Positions 41,648-51,694 of a stretch of 64,000 nt of DNA are shown here, in pieces. The position numbers and the translations under genes are program-made. The stretch's first letter is position 1, and each line of letters begins with the position of its first letter. The DNA is from a virus (lineage: Duplodnaviria > Caudoviricetes). The notes under the pieces are model-generated. The model saw only the letters and a program-made list of their open reading frames with translations, did no database searches and was not told where the DNA came from. The stretch lies in the IMG/VR virus record IMGVR_UViG_3300042542_005523. One strand, given 5' to 3'.

Positions 41648-42466
41648 AGCCAGAGCCAATCTGTTTAAAAGACCATCCATTCTCTCAAAAAATTCTCCCT
41701 CGTATTGCATTTCTAGATTTGCTTCGTAATAGGGAATTCCTTTGTTTATATAGAAAGCTTCTACAAGTTCATCTGGGCAATTTATGCCAGAGTATCTACA
41801 TTGGTAGACTAGTGGCATGATTGAATTTATCGGATCCCAGTTTGAATCACCTATCTCTATAGGGTCACTTGAGTAATCGTTTGCTCCATCGTCCCCGTGA
41901 ATGTAAAAAGCTGCGGTTTTTCCTTCTAGGTGATTCTTGAGGAGATTATCATATTCTCCTGATAATTCAGTCGGTCCGGTGATCTCAGAATTTTTAATAT
42001 TACCCTCGCCCATTATTTCTATGGCTTCTTCCCTGGTTAGCGTTAGATTAGCGCAAACCAATCTATCAAACATTGCTTTAACCTGGGTAGAAACCGAATA
42101 CCAGTTTATAGGACTAACCACAAGGAAAGCGTCACACTCTTCCAGTTTATCGTAAATCTCCGCTTCATACATCAAGTCCTTTTTTTCCATGTCTTTTCCA
42201 TAACATGTACATTTCCAATGACAATGAAATCCACCCGAAGTAGAAACGCATCCTTTACATGGACTTATCGTTACATCCCCGATTGATAGGTCTATTACCT
42301 CTATATCGTAAACACTAGACCAGTACTCAAATATGTAGTTGATCAATTTTTTAGATTTAGGTGTTTGGTTTGAGCAGGACTTTAGTTTTCTTGGCGAGCC
42401 CTGAAACACCAGAAGTTTAGGTTTGCTATATGTTCTAAATTCTTGAAATTCCCTTAGATTTTCCAT
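41615..42466 (-). CDS. Flavodoxin-fold NAD(P)H-dependent FMN reductase / iron-sulfur flavoprotein family
   Basis: FQGSPRK, SPCKGC...CHWKCTC, EKLEECDAFLVVSPINWYSVSTQVKAMFDRL; N-terminus MENLREFQEF. Confidence 0.8.
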   Translation of the reverse strand: MENLREFQEFRTYSKPKLLVFQGSPRKLKSCSNQTPKSKKLINYIFEYWSSVYDIEVIDLSIGDVTISPCKGCVSTSGGFHCHWKCTCYGKDMEKKDLMYEAEIYDKLEECDAFLVVSPINWYSVSTQVKAMFDRLVCANLTLTREEAIEIMGEGNIKNSEITGPTELSGEYDNLLKNHLEGKTAAFYIHGDDGANDYSSDPIEIGDSNWDPINSIMPLVYQCRYSGINCPDELVEAFYINKGIPYYEANLEMQYEGEFFERMDGLLNRLALALSSKKGQIGY

Positions 42467-42503
42467 ATTCTTTTTGTCGATCTATCGAAGCTGTATAAAT
42501 TAC

Positions 42504-42803
42504 TTACTTCTTCTTAGCTGAATTGCTAAGAAATTCTTCTTTTAAATAATTAGTGATCTCTGTTGGTGATTTTCTCTTCTCTTTCACAATGCTAGTGAAA
42601 TTTTCCGATTTGCCACACTCATCTAGAAAATCACAGAAATAAGATCCCTCGTACATTGGGTCTAGTACCTGGGGAAGAGGCTGGTGGGCTGATTGGTAAT
42701 TTCTAGAATTAACCCGCGTAACGTATGCATCACCCGGAACCTGAACCGTTCCCGGATCAAAATCTTCGTTTAGAAAATCGGTAAGGGACTTTATATTTTT
42801 CAT
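42504..42803 (-). CDS. Hypothetical protein with CTS-like N-terminus (MKNIKSLTDFLNE)
   Basis: ORF with an upstream GATATATA box on the minus strand. Confidence 0.6.
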   Translation of the reverse strand: MKNIKSLTDFLNEDFDPGTVQVPGDAYVTRVNSRNYQSAHQPLPQVLDPMYEGSYFCDFLDECGKSENFTSIVKEKRKSPTEITNYLKEEFLSNSAKKK

Positions 42804-42826
42804 TACGATGTAAGTTTTGTTGGATT

Positions 42827-42834
42827 TATATATC
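42827..42834 (-). promoter_or_regulatory. Putative late promoter box GATATATA (minus strand)
   Basis: The + strand reads tatatatc; about 23 nt upstream of the minus-strand gene starting at 42803. Confidence 0.55.
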
Positions 42835-42917
42835 TGTGGAAAATTAAATAAAAAAGAAAGGGAATATTGGAAATAAATCGCATAACTTCAATACAATACT
42901 AACAAATCCAATAAAGC

Positions 42918-44336
42918 ATGATAGTAGATATAGAAAATAAAGGAACGTATCTGAACGTTTCTCATTTCAGTGACGAGGGCGATCTAGTTTTTTTGCACAT
43001 TCCCGTTCCTGAGGAGGAGAGATTTGTTTGGTCAAAGTGCTATCCTAATGACAGAAAAAAAGACCCAGAATGGAAAGACTGGACGGGTGCACCAGTTAAA
43101 AAGGATCCTTCTGAGAGATACGATAAGTATAGAATGGCTCAAATGCTGGAAGAGTCAGATCGCAGCATAACAGCACCACTTTGGGAGTATCAGACACCAA
43201 AGAAATACTTTCTCGATATCGAGGTTGAGATCACGGATGAGATGGCAGATGCGTTAGATACGGAGAACACAAAGAATAGAGTTTTATCAATCGGTATCGC
43301 AACAGACAAATGCAAGCTTATTGTTTTAGGTCTAGATCCTCTAACTCAAGAGCAACAGGTTTCCATTCATAATAAGCTGAATAGCTACTTCGAAAAAACC
43401 GGTGACGAGTGGAGCTTTAAATACAAGCAATTTGAAAGCGAGTATGATATGATGTATACTTTCTTTAAGGACATAGGATCGAAGATGCCATTCATTACAG
43501 GATGGAACTGGCTAGGGTATGACTGGCCGTATTTGATAAACCGTGCAAAGAAGCTGGGAATAGATCCCAAGATGATATCACCGTCACGTACTCTAATAGG
43601 AAAGAATCAGCTACCACAACACATACTAATGGTCGATTACTTGGATATCTATAAAAAATGGGACCGTGTTATAAAGATCAAGGAAAGTAATAGGTTGGAT
43701 TATGTTGCTGAAAAAGCTATAGGACTCAAGAAGATCTCATATAACGGAACTCTCCGTGATCTATATCAATCTAATTTTGAAGACTTTATCTACTATAACG
43801 CAGTCGATTGTGCTCTTGTTCATTATATAGATCAGAAGCTAAAGACCTTACAGACTTTCTTTAAGATAGCATTGGTAACAGGCGTAGAAATTAATAGAGC
43901 ACTTTCCCCAGTTTGGTCAACAGAGAGCATGATGCTCAGAAAGTTCCTAGAAAGAAAACAGGTATTTGTTAACGAGAGGAAAGAAGAGCAGGCAGTTAAA
44001 TTTGCAGGTGGATATGTTAAGGAGCCAATAGCGGGATTGCACGAATGGATAGCTTGTTATGACTTTGCCTCCCTGTACCCAAATACAATTGTTCAATGGG
44101 GTATATCCCCTGAAGTCTATAAAGGGAAGAGCATATTAACTCCAAAGGAAAGTTGGGTTAAAACATCATCTGGTGCGTACTTCGGAGGAGAAGACGAAGA
44201 GCCTATACTAAGAGGCATAGTTAGCGATCTTTATGCAAAAAGAAGAGCTACAAAGAACAAAATGTTAGCTTTACAGATCGAAATCGATAGACTTGAAAAA
44301 TTACTAAAAAAAGAATCAGAAAATTCCCCTAAATAG
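42918..44336 (+). CDS. Family B DNA polymerase, N-terminal subunit (3'-5' exonuclease + motif A; gp43A-like)
   Basis: Exo I LDIEVE, Exo II GWN...YDWPYL, Exo III YNAVD, motif A YDFASLYP; the ORF stops after the first fingers helix and lacks motifs B and C. Confidence 0.9.
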   Translation: MIVDIENKGTYLNVSHFSDEGDLVFLHIPVPEEERFVWSKCYPNDRKKDPEWKDWTGAPVKKDPSERYDKYRMAQMLEESDRSITAPLWEYQTPKKYFLDIEVEITDEMADALDTENTKNRVLSIGIATDKCKLIVLGLDPLTQEQQVSIHNKLNSYFEKTGDEWSFKYKQFESEYDMMYTFFKDIGSKMPFITGWNWLGYDWPYLINRAKKLGIDPKMISPSRTLIGKNQLPQHILMVDYLDIYKKWDRVIKIKESNRLDYVAEKAIGLKKISYNGTLRDLYQSNFEDFIYYNAVDCALVHYIDQKLKTLQTFFKIALVTGVEINRALSPVWSTESMMLRKFLERKQVFVNERKEEQAVKFAGGYVKEPIAGLHEWIACYDFASLYPNTIVQWGISPEVYKGKSILTPKESWVKTSSGAYFGGEDEEPILRGIVSDLYAKRRATKNKMLALQIEIDRLEKLLKKESENSPK

Positions 44337-44418
44337 GGGGACCAAGACTAGCCAGGGTGATATATAAAAAACCCCGGTGGGAGTCAAACCTTAATTTAAA
44401 CTATTAAAAACGAAGAAA

Positions 44419-44883
44419 ATGGCTAACACAGACAACAAATGTGCTGATCTAGAAGTTCAGGACTATTACAAAGGAACAGAGGACACACTGGGACTAATCT
44501 ACAACAAACAGAAGGAGCTTCAAGCTAGATATGGGTTCGATTTTACGGATTGGACACTAAAGCAAATTGCTGACTTTTGGATGGTAAACAAACACGCCCT
44601 AGCCGACGAACTTAATGAGATGTTCGATGCACTCGGCGGTGTTAATGATGGTATAGGCTCTGCCGCATGGAAGTATTGGAAAAAAGACAATGCTAAAGCC
44701 GCAGACATGAAAATTTCAGACCTATCAGAATCTGATAAGTTGGAGCTTTATTACGAGTGGATCGACGGTCTCCACTTTTTTATGAATTTTGGTATTTCCA
44801 TGGGAATGACAAGCGAGGATATCGTGAATCTCTATATGGCAAAGCAAAAAGAAAATCACGACCGTCAAGATAGAGGTTACTAA
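44419..44883 (+). CDS. Dimeric all-alpha dUTPase/dCTPase (T4 gp56-like)
   Basis: [19 protein letters not shown] and Y..K..EN..RQ..GY. Confidence 0.8.
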   Translation: MANTDNKCADLEVQDYYKGTEDTLGLIYNKQKELQARYGFDFTDWTLKQIADFWMVNKHALADELNEMFDALGGVNDGIGSAAWKYWKKDNAKAADMKISDLSESDKLELYYEWIDGLHFFMNFGISMGMTSEDIVNLYMAKQKENHDRQDRGY

Positions 44884-44897
44884 AAAAAATTAATTTA

Positions 44898-45887
44898 ATG
44901 GAAAATTCAATATATTCCTATGGGGAAAAGATCCTCCAGGAGAACCCGAATAGGTTCGTTATATTCCCTATAGAGCATCCGGATTTATGGGATCTTTATA
45001 AAAAGCAGCAGGCTTGCATATGGACTGCGGAAGAGATAGATCTATCCCAGGATTTAAACGACTGGAGGAATGTTCTTAATGACGATGAGAAATATTTTGT
45101 TAAGAATATCTTAGCTTTCTTCGCTGCCTCAGATGGAATAGTGAATGAAAATCTAGCGGAGAACTTCGTTAAGGAGGTTCAGTACTCCGAAGCCAAGTTC
45201 TTCTATGGGTTTCAGATCATGATGGAGAATATCCACAGCGAGACTTACTCCTTGCTGATTGATACCTATATACAGGAACAGGAAGAAAAAAATATGCTTT
45301 TTAAAGCTATTGATACAATCCCAGCTGTTAAGAAAAAAGCAGAATGGGCTCTAAAGTGGATTCAGTCCCCTCATTTCCAAGAGAGACTTATCGCTTTTGC
45401 AGCTGTAGAAGGAATCTTCTTCTCCGGTTCTTTTTGCTCTATTTTCTGGTTAAAGAAAAGAGGGTTAATGCCAGGTCTTTCATTCTCTAATGAGTTAATC
45501 TCAAGAGATGAGGGAATGCATTGCGATTTTGCTGTACATTTGCACAACAATCACATTATCAATAAAGTTTCTCCAGATAGAATAAAAGAGATTCTCACCA
45601 GCGCTTTGGAAATTGAGAAGGAATTCATAACGGAGTCACTTCCAGTTAGACTAATTGGTATGAACTCCGAATTGATGATCCAGTATCTTGAATTTGTGAC
45701 TGATAGATTATTAGTAGACCTCGGCTGCTCGAGAGTTTATAATTCTGAAAATCCATTCGATTTTATGGCTAATATAGCATTACAGGGAAAGACTAACTTT
45801 TTTGAAAAGAGGGTGGGCGAATATCAGAAAGCGGGTATTATGAATAAAAATGAAGACGACCCATTTGGGTTCGATACAGATTTCTAA
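44898..45887 (+). CDS. nrdB: Ribonucleotide reductase class Ia beta subunit
   Basis: [45 protein letters not shown] and NFFEKRV.EY. Confidence 0.96.
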   Translation: MENSIYSYGEKILQENPNRFVIFPIEHPDLWDLYKKQQACIWTAEEIDLSQDLNDWRNVLNDDEKYFVKNILAFFAASDGIVNENLAENFVKEVQYSEAKFFYGFQIMMENIHSETYSLLIDTYIQEQEEKNMLFKAIDTIPAVKKKAEWALKWIQSPHFQERLIAFAAVEGIFFSGSFCSIFWLKKRGLMPGLSFSNELISRDEGMHCDFAVHLHNNHIINKVSPDRIKEILTSALEIEKEFITESLPVRLIGMNSELMIQYLEFVTDRLLVDLGCSRVYNSENPFDFMANIALQGKTNFFEKRVGEYQKAGIMNKNEDDPFGFDTDF

Positions 45888-45905
45888 AAATAAGTTAAAT
45901 AAAAT

Positions 45906-48422
45906 ATGCAAGTAATTAAGAGAGACGGTTCTAAAGAACCAGTGAGATTTGAGAAAGTTTCTAATAGAATTAGGAAGATGACCTATGGTCTAAATCAAGA
46001 CCTAGTTGATCCTGTGGGTATTTCACAGAAGGTAATTGCGGGGATTTATGATGGTATATCCACTCAAGAGTTGGATACGCTAGCCGCTGAGACAGCTGCC
46101 TCTATGATACCGAAACACCCTGACCATTCCATTCTAGCTTCTAGAATTGCAGTTTCCAGACTGCATAAAACAACAAAGAAGAAATTCTCAGATACCATAG
46201 ATACTCTTTATAATTACATAGATCCTGTTACTAACAAGCCAGCTGGAATGATTAGTGAAAAGACCTATCAGGTTGTAATGCAGAATAAAAACAAGCTGGA
46301 TAGCGCAATACTACACGAGAGAGATTTCGATTTTGAGTATTTTGGATTTAAGACTCTTGAGAGAAGCTACCTATTAAAAACAAATGGCGAGGTAGCAGAA
46401 ACACCGCAGCACATGTATATGCGTGTTGCCGCTGGTATATGGGGAGATGATATGAAGAACGTTATTAAAACTTACGAACTTCTTTCGAATCATATGATGA
46501 CCCACGCAACGCCCACCCTATTCAACTCTGGAACTAGAAAGCCTCAACTTTCATCCTGTTTCCTTCTAATGATGGACGATGATTCAATTCCTGGTATCTA
46601 TAAGACATTATCAGATGTTGCTGTTATCTCACAGAACGCAGGAGGTATTGGATTGGCTATTCATAACGTCAGAAGCACAGGTTCTTATATTAAAGGCACA
46701 AATGGTAATTCCAATGGTATTATACCAATGCTAAGAGTTTTCAACGAGACTGCAAGATATGTTGATCAAGGAGGCGGAAGACGTAAAGGATCCTTCGCAA
46801 TCTATATCGAGCCTTGGCATGCTGACATCGAGGATTTCTTAGATCTTAGAAAGAATACAGGTAAGGAAGAAAGAAGAGCTCGTGATCTTTTCTTGGCTCT
46901 TTGGACACCGGATATCTTCATGAAGAGAGTGAAAGAAAATGGCGAATGGTCACTATTCTCGCCATCTGACGTGGAAGGTATTTGGGAACTATATGGAGAT
47001 GCATTTGATCAAGCTTATATTGCTGCTGAAGAAGCTGGAAAGGCTAGAAAAACAGTCAAAGCAAGAGATCTCTGGGCGAAAATAATCGAGTCACAAATAG
47101 AGACAGGAACACCCTATATTCTATACAAGGACCATGCTAATAAGAAATCCAATCAGAAGAATATCGGCACAATTAAAAGCTCTAACCTATGTACCGAGAT
47201 CATGGAGGTTACTTCTAAAGAGGAACAAGCCGTTTGTAACCTTGCATCCATTCCGGTTAACAAGTTCTTAAAGTCTACCGACGCTAGAACAACTAAGTTA
47301 ATAAGAGGCAAGTGCGACGTTGATCACGATGAGCTCTATAAGGTGTCTTATCAGACAACACTTAATCTAAATCAGGTTATTGATGTCAACTATTATCCAA
47401 CAGAGGAGACTAAGAGATCCAATATGAAGCACAGACCAATCGGAATAGGCATTCAGGGATTGGCCGATCTATATGCCATCATGGGTATCGGATTCACATC
47501 GGAAGAAGCCAGAAAGATAAACTCTGATATTTTTGAGACAATATATTTTGCATCATGCACAGCTTCTAAAGATCTAGCAAAAGCCAATGGTGCATATGAA
47601 TCATTCGAGGGCTCCCCGATTAGCAAAGGAGAATTCCAGTTTAATATGTGGGGATTCAATGACGACGATCTTTCAGGAAGATGGGACTGGGGAAAATTGA
47701 GAAAGGATGTTATGAAACATGGTGTTAGAAACTCACTGCTATTAGCACCAATGCCTACAGCTTCTACAGCTCAGATCATGGGTAACAATGAGGCATTTGA
47801 GCCTTTCACATCTAATATCTACACCAGAAGAACACTATCAGGAGAATTTGTAGTTGTTAATAAGCATCTCGTGAAAGATCTCATCAATCTTGACCTTTGG
47901 GGAGAGGATATGAAGAATATGATCATAATCAATAAGGGATCTATACAGAACATTCCTAGCATACCGGATGATATCAAGGAGGTCTATAAAACGGTGTGGG
48001 AGATTAAGCAAAAAGATCTATTGGATATGTCAGCAGACAGAGGAAGATTTATTTGCCAATCTCAGTCTATGAACTTGTTCATCGAGGGTGTGAATGCTGC
48101 TAAATTGACAGCTGCTCACTTCCATAGTTGGGAGATAGGCTTAAAGACTGGTATGTACTATTTAAGAACTAAATCAGCAGCTGATGCTCTTTCAGGGCTA
48201 GGAGTTGATCTATCTAAATATAAGACACAAAAGACAGAAGAGGCTAAACCAGTTCAAGCTGAGCCGGCTAAACAAATTGAGGTTACTAAAGTGGCAACTT
48301 CTCTGCCTCCGGAGATCACAGCCAATTCACAGGAGTTAGCTGACCTGGCTGCTAAATTAACTTCTGACATAGTCTGTAGTCTTGATAGCGGGCCAGACGA
48401 GTGTATTGCTTGCGGATCTTAA
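45906..48422 (+). CDS. nrdA: Ribonucleotide reductase class Ia alpha subunit with ATP cone
   Basis: VIKRDG ATP cone, ATPTLFN, QLSSCF, SNLCTEI, CNLAS, APMPTAS and C-terminal CSL...C.ACGS; no intein seen. Confidence 0.97.
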   Translation: MQVIKRDGSKEPVRFEKVSNRIRKMTYGLNQDLVDPVGISQKVIAGIYDGISTQELDTLAAETAASMIPKHPDHSILASRIAVSRLHKTTKKKFSDTIDTLYNYIDPVTNKPAGMISEKTYQVVMQNKNKLDSAILHERDFDFEYFGFKTLERSYLLKTNGEVAETPQHMYMRVAAGIWGDDMKNVIKTYELLSNHMMTHATPTLFNSGTRKPQLSSCFLLMMDDDSIPGIYKTLSDVAVISQNAGGIGLAIHNVRSTGSYIKGTNGNSNGIIPMLRVFNETARYVDQGGGRRKGSFAIYIEPWHADIEDFLDLRKNTGKEERRARDLFLALWTPDIFMKRVKENGEWSLFSPSDVEGIWELYGDAFDQAYIAAEEAGKARKTVKARDLWAKIIESQIETGTPYILYKDHANKKSNQKNIGTIKSSNLCTEIMEVTSKEEQAVCNLASIPVNKFLKSTDARTTKLIRGKCDVDHDELYKVSYQTTLNLNQVIDVNYYPTEETKRSNMKHRPIGIGIQGLADLYAIMGIGFTSEEARKINSDIFETIYFASCTASKDLAKANGAYESFEGSPISKGEFQFNMWGFNDDDLSGRWDWGKLRKDVMKHGVRNSLLLAPMPTASTAQIMGNNEAFEPFTSNIYTRRTLSGEFVVVNKHLVKDLINLDLWGEDMKNMIIINKGSIQNIPSIPDDIKEVYKTVWEIKQKDLLDMSADRGRFICQSQSMNLFIEGVNAAKLTAAHFHSWEIGLKTGMYYLRTKSAADALSGLGVDLSKYKTQKTEEAKPVQAEPAKQIEVTKVATSLPPEITANSQELADLAAKLTSDIVCSLDSGPDECIACGS

Positions 48423-48431
48423 TTAAGAATA

Positions 48432-48439
48432 GATAAATA
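48432..48439 (+). promoter_or_regulatory. Putative late promoter box GATAAATA
   Basis: Immediately upstream of adk. Confidence 0.45.
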
Positions 48440-48443
48440 GGAT

Positions 48444-49085
48444 ATGAATTCTAGCATTAAAAGATTTTCCGATTTTGTAAACGAAAGGGAGCTTCCTGAT
48501 AAGCAGGGAAAAATAATAGTTCTACTTGGCCCTCCTGGATCAGGGAAAGGTACTCTAGCAAAGGGACTAATAAAGGACTATGATTTCCAGCACATCTCAA
48601 CAGGTGATCTAATTAGAAACTCAGACGATAAGGAGCTGAAGAAAATCATAGCAAATGGAAAGATGATTCCAGATGATAAGATGCTTGAGATACTAAAGGA
48701 AAAAGTTAAGGAACTTGATTTAGAAAAAAATATAGCATTTGACGGATTCCCTAGGAATATAGAGCAATCTAAGATGCTAGATAAAATGCTAGGTAAGCTA
48801 GGTCTTGGTTTAAATTATGCTATTTTCTTAGACCTTCCAAGAGAAGAAGCAATCGATAGATTAAAGAAAAGAGCTAAAGAAGAGGGAAGGAAGGACGATG
48901 CTAGTTTTGAAACTATTAACAAGAGATTTGACGAGTATCTTGAAAAGACTTTACCTCTGATAGAGCTTTACACTAAAAACAGGAAAGTCAAGAGAATAGA
49001 CTCGTCTGAAGGGAAGGATGCGGTTTTGTCTAATGTTGTTGATGCTTTGGGCTTGAAAAAGTCCAAGGAGCAAAATAAAGGATAA
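48444..49085 (+). CDS. adk: Adenylate kinase (short LID) with N-terminal CTS-like extension
   Basis: GPPGSGKGT, HISTGDLIR, FDGFPR and R.DD; extra N-terminus MNSSIKRFSDFVNE. Confidence 0.92.
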   Translation: MNSSIKRFSDFVNERELPDKQGKIIVLLGPPGSGKGTLAKGLIKDYDFQHISTGDLIRNSDDKELKKIIANGKMIPDDKMLEILKEKVKELDLEKNIAFDGFPRNIEQSKMLDKMLGKLGLGLNYAIFLDLPREEAIDRLKKRAKEEGRKDDASFETINKRFDEYLEKTLPLIELYTKNRKVKRIDSSEGKDAVLSNVVDALGLKKSKEQNKG

Positions 49086-49720
49086 TGCGTTCTGAAGCAG
49101 TCGACCAATTCGTAAATTCCTTAAAAAAGAGGATTAAAGAGGAGAAGCTTAAACAGAGTGTCGAAAGGACATTCTTAGAGGAAGCCGTGAATCTTCTGGT
49201 CTCAGTTTTCTCTTCTGGAACTGGATCTTTTGTAAAGGGTGTTAAGAATTATAAATCTAAGGACTTTAGCTCTTATATTGATGTTGAATCCACAGACGAA
49301 GGAAAACTTAAAACCATAATAAAGGAGTCAATTCGGGGCATAGATTCTAAAATGAAATGGCTGGATCTAGGCGATCTAGTTATAATAAGCTGCAATCTCA
49401 AAAGTCTAGAACTCATATCGGGTTCTCTAGAAAATCCTGTACTGGTAGAAGTTTATCCTTCTCCTTCTGGAAAAAATACCAGAATTCGTGTTATGTTAGG
49501 TAACAGGGACAAACACTGCGGTAAGGTTCTAAGAAAGAACATGAAGTGGGTAACCTGGATCTGGAACGGTAAATTACACAAGATAGTACTAGATAGAGTT
49601 GATCCATTTGCTACAGAGATAATCTTTTCGGGTGAAATAGATGGGCAAACATACGGGATAGCTACAGAATTAGATTATTCAGGTCTTAATTATGAAATCT
49701 TATCAGTAAATAAACTATAA
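49085..49720 (+). CDS. Hypothetical protein
   Basis: 211-aa ORF, translationally coupled to adk. Confidence 0.55.
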   Translation: MRSEAVDQFVNSLKKRIKEEKLKQSVERTFLEEAVNLLVSVFSSGTGSFVKGVKNYKSKDFSSYIDVESTDEGKLKTIIKESIRGIDSKMKWLDLGDLVIISCNLKSLELISGSLENPVLVEVYPSPSGKNTRIRVMLGNRDKHCGKVLRKNMKWVTWIWNGKLHKIVLDRVDPFATEIIFSGEIDGQTYGIATELDYSGLNYEILSVNKL

Positions 49721-49740
49721 CGATAACAAAATTTTTCAAA

Positions 49741-51024
49741 ATGCCAACAAGTAGAAATAAAAAGAAAGGTGGTAATAAATCAAATACACCTAAACAAAAT
49801 TTTAAACAGGTGCAACAAAATTCAACAATGAAAGCTGCCCCTATATCAGGGTTACAGGAGATTAAAAAACAAACGTCTACCCTGTGTTTGGTTATGATCG
49901 TAAAAGACGAGGCCGATAACATCAGGGAGTGTTTATCAAAAGTAGCACCTTATATCAATTACTGGGTGATTGTAGACACTGGATCCACTGATAATACCAT
50001 CGAGGTAATCAGAGAAACAATGGCAGAGTTTGAGATAGAAGGAGAACTTCACGAGAGACCTTGGGTTAACTTTGAGGTTAACAGAACTGAAAGTCTTGAG
50101 TTGGCTAAGGATAAGTGTGACTATAGATGGATTATCGATGCGGATGATACGTTTATGGTTGAACAATTCGGATTTAATCCATTTGCACACATCGATAATT
50201 CGATGGACACTTATCAGATCACATACAGACTTAATGCTCTTCAATACCATAGAGCTCAGATAGTTAGATCTAATCAGCCTTGGGTTTATAAGGGTGTACT
50301 TCACGAGTATCTTCATTGCGATTTACCAAATCTAAAAAGCGCTATTCTTCCAGGATGCTACGTTAAAGCAGACATTAGCCCCTTGAAAAGAGCTAGCTCT
50401 CTAGAGGAAAAGTATGCTAAGGATGCTGAGATTCTAGAAAAAGCGTTAGTGGACGAGCCAAACAATACCAGATACATGTTCTATCTGGCTCAAAGTTACA
50501 GGGATTCAGATCAGCTGGAAAAGTCCCTAGAAGCTTATAAGAAAAGAGCAGAAGCCGGGGAATGGGAGGAGGAAGTTTACTATTCTCTCTATATGATAGC
50601 TAAATTAATGGAGAAGATGGCATTCCCCGCAACGGAGGTTGTCAATGCTTATTCTAAAGCATGGGAGTATAGACCGCAAAGATTGGAAGCTGTATTTCAC
50701 GTTATGAGAAAGCTCAGAGAAGAGAACAGGTACGTTTTATCTTTCACTTATGGAGACCTAGCTATTAAAACACCAGGGACTAGCGACATTCTGTTCGTAG
50801 AGCCTGAAATCTGGCAATGGAGAATGGTTGATGAGTATTCTATAGCAGCTTTCTATATAGGTCACCCGGAAATAGCTTTTGAGAAGACCTCTCAGATAGT
50901 TGGATCCCCGATCTTTTCAACACTACACCCGCAAGAACAGGATAGATTAAAGAGAAATCTTGAGTTCTATAAGAAGGGAAATGAAAATGTTAAATCTGGC
51001 AAGGCCAAATTAACAAGAGTATAA
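49741..51024 (+). CDS. Glycosyltransferase family 2 with C-terminal TPRs
   Basis: LCLVMIVKDE, VDTGSTD, W.NF...R..SL, DADD and GVLHE; TPR-like RYMFYLAQSY.D and EEVYYS. Confidence 0.85.
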   Translation: MPTSRNKKKGGNKSNTPKQNFKQVQQNSTMKAAPISGLQEIKKQTSTLCLVMIVKDEADNIRECLSKVAPYINYWVIVDTGSTDNTIEVIRETMAEFEIEGELHERPWVNFEVNRTESLELAKDKCDYRWIIDADDTFMVEQFGFNPFAHIDNSMDTYQITYRLNALQYHRAQIVRSNQPWVYKGVLHEYLHCDLPNLKSAILPGCYVKADISPLKRASSLEEKYAKDAEILEKALVDEPNNTRYMFYLAQSYRDSDQLEKSLEAYKKRAEAGEWEEEVYYSLYMIAKLMEKMAFPATEVVNAYSKAWEYRPQRLEAVFHVMRKLREENRYVLSFTYGDLAIKTPGTSDILFVEPEIWQWRMVDEYSIAAFYIGHPEIAFEKTSQIVGSPIFSTLHPQEQDRLKRNLEFYKKGNENVKSGKAKLTRV

Positions 51025-51040
51025 TTTCTAAAATTTGTTT

Positions 51041-51048
51041 GATATATA
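51041..51048 (+). promoter_or_regulatory. Putative late promoter box GATATATA
   Basis: About 25 nt upstream of 51074. Confidence 0.55.
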
Positions 51049-51073
51049 GACTATTAAAAAATAAAAAATAGAA

Positions 51074-51595
51074 ATGAAACACATTAAAATTTACGAGAAC
51101 TTTGTTTCGAATGTTAACGAGAGCTCAATCCCGGTTTACGACGATACTGCATTTAATAAAACAGGTGGTGAACCAGAAATGAACGTTAGCCCACTTAAGG
51201 CAATTGCTGTTATTCAAGATTTATTGGATCAGAAAGCAATGGGAGAAGTTGACGAGGTAACCGTAGTAGCTGAAATACCAACACAAGGAAAAACTAAGCC
51301 TGTGTACGTGGATGAGGTTATCGCAAAAGCAAAAGAGGAAGCTGCTCTTAAGTACAGACGCGAAACTGGAATAGATATAGAAAAAGCTGCACCTTCAGAT
51401 ATCGAAAGAGCTGGTGTTATGCAAGATGTTTTCTTTGATTCTGAATTTATTGTGGATAGAATCGATAAAAGCGCTGATGGAACATTCATCGTTTGCTATC
51501 CTCAAAGCTTGTCTGCTAAGGCTAAGACTAATCCTGCTCACTATTCAGTATATTTAAAGCCAGAGCAAATTGAAGAGGTTCACTACTCTTACTAA
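51074..51595 (+). CDS. Hypothetical protein with CTS-like N-terminus (MKHIKIYENFVSNVNES)
   Basis: Monocistronic, between a promoter box and a terminator. Confidence 0.6.
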   Translation: MKHIKIYENFVSNVNESSIPVYDDTAFNKTGGEPEMNVSPLKAIAVIQDLLDQKAMGEVDEVTVVAEIPTQGKTKPVYVDEVIAKAKEEAALKYRRETGIDIEKAAPSDIERAGVMQDVFFDSEFIVDRIDKSADGTFIVCYPQSLSAKAKTNPAHYSVYLKPEQIEEVHYSY

Positions 51596-51619
51596 TTTTA
51601 ATTTTTAAACTAAACCCAT

Positions 51620-51654
51620 AGATGCCCGGATATTTTATTCGGGCATCTTTTTTT
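51620..51654 (+). terminator. Rho-independent terminator
   Basis: agatgcccgga...ttcgggcatct stem plus T-run. Confidence 0.8.
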
Positions 51655-51694
51655 CTACGGTGATTGTTATTAATCTTGAATAATTATAGAAGGA

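Noticed and set aside
44325-44340. Short cccct-aaat-agggg hairpin at the end of the polymerase N-half
   Set aside because: Only a 5-bp stem with no U-tract; insufficient evidence for a terminator or a recoding/bypass signal.
44200-44420. Split intein in the DNA polymerase halves
   Set aside because: There is no Cys/Ser block A or TxxH in the N-half tail, and no HN-[CST] at the start of the C-half.
45906-48422. Intein or intron in nrdA/nrdB (frequent mobile-element targets)
   Set aside because: Both genes are continuous and of normal length with no insertion motifs.
39304-48422. Cellular (bacterial or eukaryotic) origin of the dnaK/RNR block
   Set aside because: The genes are interleaved with T4-like genes and share the same promoter and terminator style; no ribosomal or housekeeping operons are present.
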